From PVC group bacterium (GTDB lineage Bacteria > Auribacterota > Erginobacteria > Erginobacterales > Erginobacteraceae), in assembly GCA_043804695.1 (NCBI GenBank), contig JAZDIV010000060.1:1-33487 (forward strand): a DNA stretch of 33,487 nucleotides, read 5' to 3'. A model generated the notes under the pieces. It searched no databases. It saw nothing but the letters and a program-made list of their open reading frames with translations, and had not been told where the DNA came from. The number at the start of each line of letters is the position of its first letter. The first letter of the stretch is position 1. The position numbers and the translations under genes are program-made. Positions 20,401 through 26,904 of this stretch are shown in pieces.

Positions 20401-20645
20401 ACCAGATAATTGCCCTGAAGCACAAAGTGGGACTCGCCGGGGGCCCAGTCGCCCTTGAACCAGTTATAGACGGGGAAATCGCTGTAAAACTTACCCTCCG
20501 CCAGATGGCGGGCAAAATGGACCAGACCGAAAGGATCGGAGCCGAGCGCGGCATAGTAGCCGTCCAGACCGGAGAAGACGACCAGGATTAAAAACAGACC
20601 GAAGAGGGCGTAGACGAAGAGCTTCCCTTTTTGACTCTCTTCCAT
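17466..20645 (-). CDS. GT-C glycosyltransferase paralog C (start moved to ATG 20645, MEESQK)
   Basis: GSDPFG, KYEIGFPLFL, SRDL, TRLPN, VRYM; C-terminal DSRELG. The ORF-track start at 20717 lies inside a repeat element. Confidence 0.82.
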   Translation of the reverse strand: MEESQKGKLFVYALFGLFLILVVFSGLDGYYAALGSDPFGLVHFARHLAEGKFYSDFPVYNWFKGDWAPGESHFVLQGNYLVKNGRMYCKYEIGFPLFLAGVIRVFGDDAVYFANIFVLIVFLWFYFKLAEMIFTQRRHGIFLALLGSFLFIILIEKVWGLTIKPSRDLLALTALIAGLYWGVRALSRWPGVRWFSLVLGAFCLGYSGSTRLPNILVGVPAGLYLLVRLRGPARWSRRVAVVVLAGFFFVVGLVPIFLQNYTTEGHPLHPPRPEITQRAVLKVKDVESPAPLWIGFLATTGPDTLKFFGKLYGVSLTALIILGLISGWKSPEIKYLCLGIPLIFILFYSMWVHLMVRYMTIAQPFLILLAVAGVGKVLDPRARKWVLWSGPVLIGADVLLRLHLSQKYGLGVIDFFVLAFTVGLWLIAARESSGWKTPSRYLILACAVFALVLVKFGPGWFSTRCLFQLPQARQFGQAIDRLAPPGSVIFATKPVSQYISLFSGSHSIRVFDIERVGVELREGCRRMLDRSVPLFLFDAGGGRREGGKYIPILRRYFDVTPVGTLRGDDFCLADQFGQPVCTLYRIEPWNRKEVETVITDLKEGEDYLMTLNARTIWADYGDRSRVEVLLDGSRLDSALRDSINYIELPARLLHSPRSVFAIRSDQPLPRQMDFSIQSVWAPYTITFGDRALIPDYFLISGFERLHWQDGHYRRILWEKPAEILVPTVVIPDTSIIGQLDLRNGQKIPRPVGLRISLDGKEIADLDLSRVSGWEEVRFVVPDDAVSSVESRLELLAYPKDGYQVPYPDDDWWGALALKAVSMRRWLTRVLLETSVKEDCFAAFEIRSPPGAPGEGGPYRIFVDGGILKDNVKGGVQRLLLDPGQVQVPVTELRVESVAAGRPAFFRTRPVPARPGEDLVIDVGGEADWAFIEDGFYDPELFQGKELARWTAGTASLEVPLFSRRGEKIALSLEILAGPPASVPADSRKLSVSIDGRKLETFPLEEEGGTYRCSIPVSDRPSRLATLELTVPAWQPSHYYEITDSRELGVLLDKVRIEYH

Positions 20646-20675
20646 TTTCTGTGGATATATACCGGTATTCAAAAC

Positions 20676-20895
20676 AGGTTCTCTTCTATTTTGTGTGGGT
20701 AATAGATAATAGGTCATTGCGAGGCCGCAGGCCGAAGCAATCTCACTATGTCTATCTTATTACAAACATAATAAAAAATGTTTCTCTCTTTAGTAAGAGA
20801 TTGCTTCGGCGCTTATTGCCCCGAATTCTTCGGGGCAAACGCTTCTCGCAATGACATTGATTGGACATTTACCCACACAAAATGAAGGAGAACCT
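20676..20895. mobile_element. MITE-like element with 27-bp imperfect terminal inverted repeats and nested palindromes
   Basis: aggttctcttctattttgtgtgggtaa (20676-20702) versus ttacccacacaaaatgaaggagaacct (20869-20895), 3 mismatches; no transposase inside. Confidence 0.7.
20713..20855. repeat. REP-like doublet GTCATTGCGAG...GAAGCAATCTC / GAGATTGCTTC...CTCGCAATGAC
   Basis: Arms at 20713-20744 and 20797-20855; the right arm carries hairpin ttgccccgaa-ttc-ttcggggcaa (20816-20838). Confidence 0.85.
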
Positions 20896-20901
20896 TAAAA
20901 C

Positions 20902-20928
20902 TAAATTAGCGGCGAAGCCGCTAATTTA
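20902..20928. repeat. TTAGCGGC-GAA-GCCGCTAA hairpin
   Basis: 12-bp perfect stem; 20903-20927 is the exact reverse complement of 31155-31179. Confidence 0.85.
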
Positions 20929-20943
20929 TTGAACAAAAGATAA

Positions 20944-20994
20944 TAGCCCGGATTAGCCGGGGAAATTTATAATTTTCCTGGATAATCCGGGCTA
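20944..20994. repeat. CCCGGATTA...TAATCCGGG imperfect hairpin overlapping the GT2 stop codon
   Basis: 22-bp arms with 3 mismatches; related single arms (cccggattatccatg) near 26909 and 32298. Confidence 0.7.
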
Positions 20995-21933
20995 ATCCAG
21001 GACCTGTTTTATCAGGTACTCTTCCTTTTCCCGGTGAATAGCCATCGCCATCATCTCCCCGATCAATCCGGTGGAGATCAGCTGAAAACCGATCAACATC
21101 AAAAGCACTCCCAGAATGAGCAGCGGGCGGCCGCCGATACCGTATCCGAGCACCTTTAAAATGGCCAGATAGACGTTGATAATCAATCCCAGCGCAAAGA
21201 AGATCAGGCCGATGCCTCCGAAAAGATGGAGCGGTTTCTTGATATATTTGGTCAGAAACATGACCGTCAACAGGTCCATGAAGCCGGCAAAAAAACGGTA
21301 GGCGCCGAACTTGCTCTTCCCGAACGCGCGGCGGTGATGGCATACTTGTATCTCGGTGACCCGGTACCCCTTCCAGTGGGCGATCGGCGGAATATAGCGG
21401 TGCAGTTCGCCGTACAGGGAGATATCCTTGACCACCTCTCTCCGGAAGGCCTTCAACCCGCAGTTAAAATCATGGAGTCTGATCCCGGTCATGGTGGCGG
21501 TGGCGAAGTTATAGATCCGGGAAGTGCACTTCTTGATAAAGCGGTCATGCCGGTCCGCCCGCCACCCAGTGACCAGATCGTAACCTTCGTCGATCTTATT
21601 CAAGAGAGCCGGGATCTCCCCCGGATCATCCTGAAGATCGGCATCCATGATGATGACCCGGCCGCCCCGGACCGCCTTGAAACCGGCATCGAGAGCGGCC
21701 GACTTACCAAAGTTTCTTCTCAGCTGAATGACCCTGATCCGGGGATCGGACTCCTTCAGATTTTTCAGCATGCTGAACGACCCGTCGGATGACCCGTCAT
21801 CAACAAAGAGAATTTCCCAGGAGCCCTTCCGGGCGTCCAGAACCCCCCGGATCTTCTCAAAGAGCGGCCTTAAATTCTCCTCCTCGTCGAAAAGAGGAAT
21901 CAGTACAGAAATGTCTATTGCCGAATTAACCAT
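20992..21933 (-). CDS. GT2 polyprenol-phosphate glycosyltransferase (ArnC/GtrB/DPM1-like)
   Basis: VDDGSSD, RNFGKSAAL, MDADLQDDP, HDFNCGLK, GELHRYIP, two C-terminal TMs. Confidence 0.93.
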   Translation of the reverse strand: MVNSAIDISVLIPLFDEEENLRPLFEKIRGVLDARKGSWEILFVDDGSSDGSFSMLKNLKESDPRIRVIQLRRNFGKSAALDAGFKAVRGGRVIIMDADLQDDPGEIPALLNKIDEGYDLVTGWRADRHDRFIKKCTSRIYNFATATMTGIRLHDFNCGLKAFRREVVKDISLYGELHRYIPPIAHWKGYRVTEIQVCHHRRAFGKSKFGAYRFFAGFMDLLTVMFLTKYIKKPLHLFGGIGLIFFALGLIINVYLAILKVLGYGIGGRPLLILGVLLMLIGFQLISTGLIGEMMAMAIHREKEEYLIKQVLD

Positions 21934-21997
21934 CCTGTGCAGTCCTCAAAAGAACTTTATGATATTGTACCGTCTAATAAACCCCAAATTCCAAGCA

Positions 21998-22031
21998 CCT
22001 CAGCCAAAGGCTGATCAGCCTTTGGCTGAGG
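21998..22031. repeat. Perfect 34-bp palindrome
   Basis: cctcagccaaaggctga|tcagcctttggctgagg; each half is itself a hairpin. Confidence 0.9.
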
Positions 22032-22066
22032 AATTTGTTTGTTATTTGGTAACACTTCAGCGCTTC

Positions 22067-22132
22067 CCTCGTTCCCACGCTCTGCGTGGGAACGCAGTGT
22101 TATTCGTTACCACCCAGAGCGTGGTAACTAGG
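22067..22132. repeat. REP-like inverted doublet CGTTCCCACGC-TCT-GCGTGGGAACG
   Basis: cctcgttcccacgctctgcgtgggaacg and the inverted copy cgttaccacccagagcgtggtaactagg. Confidence 0.8.
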
Positions 22133-22150
22133 AAACTCGCTCTTATTTTT

Positions 22151-22250
22151 GCCACTAAGACACCAAGACACGAAGGAAAATTAAAAAAGTTTCTATTACA
22201 ACCCTTCCTATCATTTTTTAGCTTTCTTGGTGCCTTTGTGCCTTGGTGGC
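22151..22250. repeat. GCCACTAAGACACCAAG...CTTGGTGGC inverted-repeat element, copy 2
   Basis: Right arm ttcttggtgcctttgtgccttggtggc is identical to copy 1; the left arm differs by 1 nt. Confidence 0.85.
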
Positions 22251-22269
22251 TAGTATATAAAATATTTCT

Positions 22270-23706
22270 TTAACTTGAAAAGAATCCTATTCGGGAGACG
22301 ATTGAACGGGCGCTGGCGATCACGCTTTTAAAATCATCCCAGTTCTTGATGCTGAGCGCGGTCTGGACAAAGAATGACGGGCGGAAATAAAACTCCTTGT
22401 AAGCCCTGACCCGGGCTTTCTCGGCCGCGTCCAGCGGAAACTCGGGAGTCTCGATCATCCCCAGGCAGGAAGAGAAATCTTCCCATTCACTGTACCGGAT
22501 CCAGCCTTTCTCGGTGGTGGTCCGGAAAAGCTCGGTTCCCGGGTGGGGGATGGCGACGGCAAACTGAGCGCTGCCGGGTTTCAGCTTCTTGGCGAATTCG
22601 ATTGTCTCATGGACCGTCTCCCCGGTCTCACCCGGGATCCCGAAGAGGAAGAACGCCTGGGTCCGGATTCCCGCCTTCCGGGCCAGACAGAAGGTCTCCA
22701 TCACCTTCTCCGGCGTGATCCCTTTCTTCATCAGCTTCAGCATCCGAGGCGATCCCGACTCGACGCCGAACCGGATGTAGCGGCAGCCGGCTTTCTTCAT
22801 CGCCCGCAAGACTTCCTCGTCCATGCTGTCCACCCGGCACTGGGATATCCACTCAAACTTCAATCCGCGTTCGACAATGAGCCGGCAAATCTCAAGCATC
22901 CGGTCGCGGTCCAAACCCATGGAGTCGTCATCGAAATAGACCTCGTCGATCCCGTACTTCTTCACGCACTCTTCAAGCTCATCCACGACGTTCTTCGCCG
23001 ACCGGGACCGGAACTCGTGCCCGTAAAGAGTATTGGGCCAGAGGCAATAGGTGCAGTGAAAGGGACAGCCCCGGGAAGTCACGACCGTGGTCGGCCGTTT
23101 CCCCCGGAAGGTCCCCTGGCGATAGAACGGGCTTGCCACCAGGTCGCGGGCCGGGAAAGGCAGTTCATCGAGGTTCCCGATCAACGGGCGGTCGGGGTTG
23201 ACCATGATGTCGCCGGCGGATCGCCAGGTGAGCCCCTCCACCCCCGACCAGTCCTTGCCGTCGGCGAGGGCTTTCACCAGATCGCGCACCGTGTAATCGA
23301 ACTCGCCCCGGCAGATCGCGTCCACTGAAGGGTTTTGCTCCATGATCTCTTTGTGGTAAACGGTCGGATGGGAGCCGACCAGGACCGTTCTCGTTTCCGG
23401 CAGGATTCGCTTGACGGCGGCCGCCGACTGGAGGTCGTAGTTGATGGATGGGGTGGAACACTCCAGAACCACGACGTCGGGCCCGATCTCTTTGACCCGA
23501 CGGGCAAACTCCTCGATATCCAGCTCCTCCAGGATGGCGTCCAGGAAGGCAACCTCGTAGCCGCTCACCCGGACGATCGCCGCCAGGTAAGCCAGGTAGA
23601 TCGGATATTCGATAAATTTATCGCTCCGCTTGTGGGGCCAGCGCACGTCGGAGCGGGCCCCGAATCCTTCACCCGGCCAGGGAGGGTTTGTTATTATTAC
23701 TTTCAT
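22270..23706 (-). CDS. B12-binding domain radical SAM protein (HpnJ-like N-terminus); start moved to ATG 23706
   Basis: MKVIITNPPW...YPIYLAY, VLVGSHPT, RGEFD, SRGCPFHCTYC (CxxxCxxC), FGVESGS, PHPGT. The ORF-track extension translates a repeat. Confidence 0.92.
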   Translation of the reverse strand: MKVIITNPPWPGEGFGARSDVRWPHKRSDKFIEYPIYLAYLAAIVRVSGYEVAFLDAILEELDIEEFARRVKEIGPDVVVLECSTPSINYDLQSAAAVKRILPETRTVLVGSHPTVYHKEIMEQNPSVDAICRGEFDYTVRDLVKALADGKDWSGVEGLTWRSAGDIMVNPDRPLIGNLDELPFPARDLVASPFYRQGTFRGKRPTTVVTSRGCPFHCTYCLWPNTLYGHEFRSRSAKNVVDELEECVKKYGIDEVYFDDDSMGLDRDRMLEICRLIVERGLKFEWISQCRVDSMDEEVLRAMKKAGCRYIRFGVESGSPRMLKLMKKGITPEKVMETFCLARKAGIRTQAFFLFGIPGETGETVHETIEFAKKLKPGSAQFAVAIPHPGTELFRTTTEKGWIRYSEWEDFSSCLGMIETPEFPLDAAEKARVRAYKEFYFRPSFFVQTALSIKNWDDFKSVIASARSIVSRIGFFSS

Positions 23707-23763
23707 GATGCTGTTAATATACCCTTGATGTCTTGAACAGGTTATTAAAATCCTTAGTAATTT

Positions 23764-23850
23764 AAAATATCGAATAACGAATGTCGAATATCGAATCATG
23801 AAGTTTTGACTTCGACATTCGATATTCTGCGGTTCGATATTCGATATTTT
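23764..23850. repeat. Inverted repeat built of heptamers (CGAATAT)n / (ATATTCG)n
   Basis: aaaatatcgaataacgaatgtcgaatatcgaatcatgaagt-tttg-acttcgacattcgatattctgcggttcgatattcgatatttt. Confidence 0.85.
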
Positions 23851-23860
23851 CCTTTTTTAC

Positions 23861-25057
23861 TTACCCCTTCCACCCTTCACATAACTTCACAAACTCATCG
23901 GCTAATTTATCCCATCGATATTTCTCTTCCACCACCCGCAGCCCCTCCTCTCCCATCCGTCGGGAGAGTTCCCGGTCGTCGATCAGCACCGTCATCTTCT
24001 CGACCAGGTCTTCCACGTCGCCCGGGCAGTAAAAAAGCCCGGTCTTCCCCTCCTCGATCACTTCTTCCAGCGCCGGGAGACGGGGCGCCACCACCGAGAG
24101 GCCGCAGGCCCAGTATTCGAACTCCTTCAGGGTCACCCGCCCCCGCGCCGAAACAATATCCGGCAGGATGACCAGGCCGATATCACCGGCCGACATATAC
24201 CGCGCGACCTCCTTCTGGGTCAGCCAGCCTGAAAAGTAAAAGTCATCACTCAATCCGGCCTCCCGGACCCGTTCCTTCAAAGCGGGGATAGCCGTCCCTT
24301 CTCCGATAATCCAGAAAGCCGTCTTGGGTTTGCGGGCAAGAAGCTTTTGGGCGGCAGAGACCAGAAGTTCGGGGCCGTCCTGGGGGTCGATCACCCCCTG
24401 AAAGATCAGGACCGTCTCCTTGCCGGGGGCAAATGCCCGTCTCAGGTCGCCGCTTTCGCACTTCCGGAAGATCCCGAGATCGACCCCGTCACAGACAACA
24501 TCAATCCGGTCCGGGGATGCTCCGTATTCGAGAATGATCTCCTTCATGGCCCGGCTGATGGTAATGATCCGGTCCGATCCCCGGATCGCGGCCGCCTCCA
24601 TCTTTCGCCCGAAAGTCTGGACCAGCGAGAGCCAGCCTCCGGAAGAATAATTGTCAAGATACTCGAAAAGCACATCGGTCAGGTTCAGGACCAGCAGAGG
24701 CTTACCCCCGGTCATTCTCCTGCCCCAGAGCGCCCCGTACCCGGCGATCGTATTATGAGACACGACCAGATCGGGCCGGAAGCTCCCGACCGCCCGGATC
24801 AAACGCTCCATGTTGACAGGATGAGCCAGGAGGTACTTTTTCATCTTGTGCGGGTCCAGCCGGCTGACGGTCTTCAGGCGGACGATCTCCCGGCAGCCCA
24901 GATACTCTTCCGCCTCCCGGTCGGAACTCGCAATCCCGCCGGCGACGCACACTTCATGCTCCTTCCGGCCAAAGGCCTGGATGATATTGGAGATCCGGGG
25001 ACTTCCTCCCCCGCTCAAGGGATAGAGCTCTTCAAAGATGGTTACCAGAACTTTCAT
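23861..25057 (-). CDS. GT4 family (GT-B) glycosyltransferase
   Basis: YPLSGGG, DRIITIS, DGVD, KEFEYWACGLSVV, EEGKTGL, KYRWD. Confidence 0.92.
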   Translation of the reverse strand: MKVLVTIFEELYPLSGGGSPRISNIIQAFGRKEHEVCVAGGIASSDREAEEYLGCREIVRLKTVSRLDPHKMKKYLLAHPVNMERLIRAVGSFRPDLVVSHNTIAGYGALWGRRMTGGKPLLVLNLTDVLFEYLDNYSSGGWLSLVQTFGRKMEAAAIRGSDRIITISRAMKEIILEYGASPDRIDVVCDGVDLGIFRKCESGDLRRAFAPGKETVLIFQGVIDPQDGPELLVSAAQKLLARKPKTAFWIIGEGTAIPALKERVREAGLSDDFYFSGWLTQKEVARYMSAGDIGLVILPDIVSARGRVTLKEFEYWACGLSVVAPRLPALEEVIEEGKTGLFYCPGDVEDLVEKMTVLIDDRELSRRMGEEGLRVVEEKYRWDKLADEFVKLCEGWKG

Positions 25058-25059
25058 TA

Positions 25060-25088
25060 TAAATTAGCTCCCTTCAGTCGCTAATTTA
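25060..25088 (-). promoter_or_regulatory. Start-proximal TTAGC...GCTAA hairpin
   Basis: Minus strand TAAATTAGC-GACTGAAGGGA-GCTAATTTA-TA-ATG; same spacing to ATG as 3651-3677. Confidence 0.65.
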
Positions 25089-25232
25089 GTTAATTTTAGT
25101 TAATTTGACTTTTTAAAGATAAAACAGACCGATATCGGTTAGAGACTCAGTTCAGATCCAACTGTACAATCAGCGGCAGTAAACTCTTAGTATCATAAAA
25201 TACAAACTCACTTTGTTGGTAGTCCCTTTTGC

Positions 25233-25290
25233 TTCTGTTTCGGGATTGCAATAATCGGAAAAATCCGATTATTGCAATCCCGAAACAGAA
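25233..25290. repeat. Perfect 27-bp inverted repeat (4-nt loop) including the 3' end of the TPR/SGNH gene
   Basis: ttctgtttcgggattgcaataatcgga-aaaa-tccgattattgcaatcccgaaacagaa. Confidence 0.9.
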
Positions 25291-26852
25291 AAATACTCCC
25301 TGAATAAAACCCGGACTATATTCTCGGCCAGCAACCTGTTACCCTCTCGCGTGCAGTGGCCGAAGTCAATTGCAAACTTATCTTTAAATAAGCTGGAATA
25401 ATCCGTACGGTTCAACGCCTCTCTAAAGACGGCTTCATTATCCACAAAAATGATGTTATCCTGAGAACCGAGCATTTTTTTCAGGGGACCGATACTTCTG
25501 ACCGGATACTGAACGCTCACCAGCTGAATGCCTCGCTGATCCAGAATTGCTTTCATCCGGCTATAGTTCCGGGAGGTACCCCGGTTATACGTGCTCAGGA
25601 TGAGGCTTCGGGCTTTTTGAAAATACTCCCTGGCTTTTTCCGGTTCCCCCAATTTTTGATATAACTGGCCCATCTCCTTACAGGCCAGATATGAGAAGGG
25701 AAAGCGTTCTATCACCTTTTGATAGACCTCCAGGGCCGCCTGATCATTCCCCTGTTTTTGATGACACAACCCGAGAATGCCATACGCCCACCGGTTATCC
25801 GGATTGATTTCAATCGCCTTCTCGGCTGCCGCTTGCGACTCGGGGAAATTCTTAAACTTCCAGTAACACCAGGCCAAGGCCGTTAACGCCTCATCGTTTA
25901 ACGGATTTAATTCCAGGGCCTTCTGTAACTTCTTCGCCGCGGAACCGTATGAGCGTTTTGACAGGGAAGAAAGTCCCGACACCGTCCAGGCTTCATCGCT
26001 GGAAGGATTTATCGCCAGGGCCTTCAGGCAGTAATCCAACGTCATGGAGTGACTTTGCTGGTTCAGGTAATATCGGGCCGCTCCGATATTCGCCTTTTCG
26101 CTTCGAGGGTCACGTTTAAGAGCCCGGTTAAACATCACCAGAGCTTCTTCATACTGGTTCCGGTCGAGATACAATCTCCCCAATTCAATGTACGGTTTGG
26201 AATCCTCCGGATATTTCCTCAGTTCAGCTCGAAGATTCGCCTCGGTAGTATAATCGTATTCGCACGCTGTGATGAGGTCTCCTTTCGAGGTTTCCGGCAC
26301 GTCCTCCGAAGACAGCGGTTCAAGAAGCCCCGTCTCTCTCAACGTGATCAACCCGTTATCCCATATATAGCGGGCCGCTTTCCAGATTCTCAAATTTCCG
26401 AGAAAACGCTCAAGCTCCCCCGCGTCGGCATCGGTATCGTTATAGAACCCCGGCTTGTTACCCATTCCGTCATTTATGCCCATCATGGCGATAACCATGT
26501 CCGGTTCGTATTGATCAAGCCAGCACTCCAACATCTTCAGTATATAGGCAGTGCTGCAGCCCGGTTTTCCTTGATTGATGACCGTAAATTCCCTGAACGG
26601 CTCTTTCTCATTTAAAATCTTCTCCAGCTGCCGGGGATAGCTGGAGTAATTGTTGCCGCAATAGGTCGTCGATTCCCCCACACACATAATCCGGAATTCG
26701 CTTTTCCCGGCCAGACGGGCTTGATTTGCCCGATCCCGCCGATCCAATACAATAAAACCTCCCAGGCGCAGGCCGATCTCAATAATCAACAACGTAAAAA
26801 CCAGGCTGCCAATGACCAAACCTATCTTCTGTCCGGCGGATGTCTTGGCCAT
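25269..26852 (-). CDS. Membrane-anchored SGNH/GDSL-like protein with inserted TPR repeats
   Basis: N-terminal TM (EIGLR); block I VGESTT, II NQGKPG, III MMGIND; several TPRs; then block V DFGHCT..GN. Confidence 0.85.
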   Translation of the reverse strand: MAKTSAGQKIGLVIGSLVFTLLIIEIGLRLGGFIVLDRRDRANQARLAGKSEFRIMCVGESTTYCGNNYSSYPRQLEKILNEKEPFREFTVINQGKPGCSTAYILKMLECWLDQYEPDMVIAMMGINDGMGNKPGFYNDTDADAGELERFLGNLRIWKAARYIWDNGLITLRETGLLEPLSSEDVPETSKGDLITACEYDYTTEANLRAELRKYPEDSKPYIELGRLYLDRNQYEEALVMFNRALKRDPRSEKANIGAARYYLNQQSHSMTLDYCLKALAINPSSDEAWTVSGLSSLSKRSYGSAAKKLQKALELNPLNDEALTALAWCYWKFKNFPESQAAAEKAIEINPDNRWAYGILGLCHQKQGNDQAALEVYQKVIERFPFSYLACKEMGQLYQKLGEPEKAREYFQKARSLILSTYNRGTSRNYSRMKAILDQRGIQLVSVQYPVRSIGPLKKMLGSQDNIIFVDNEAVFREALNRTDYSSLFKDKFAIDFGHCTREGNRLLAENIVRVLFREYFSVSGLQ

Positions 26853-26904
26853 AACATATTTCCCCGGGGGGGGTTCAGTAAGGTCCGATCACCTCCCTCC
26901 TCCC

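Noticed and set aside
20646..20717. N-terminal extension of the 1083-aa ORF
   Set aside because: It begins inside the MITE/REP element; the paralogs start shortly before the first TM.
23707..23799. N-terminal extension MIRYSTFVIRYF of the radical SAM ORF
   Set aside because: It translates the heptamer repeat; the B12-binding domain begins at MKVIITNPP.
26862..26873. C4G8 homopolymer as a phase-variation tract
   Set aside because: Short and intergenic; similar runs occur throughout this GC-rich sequence, and there is no evidence of length variation.
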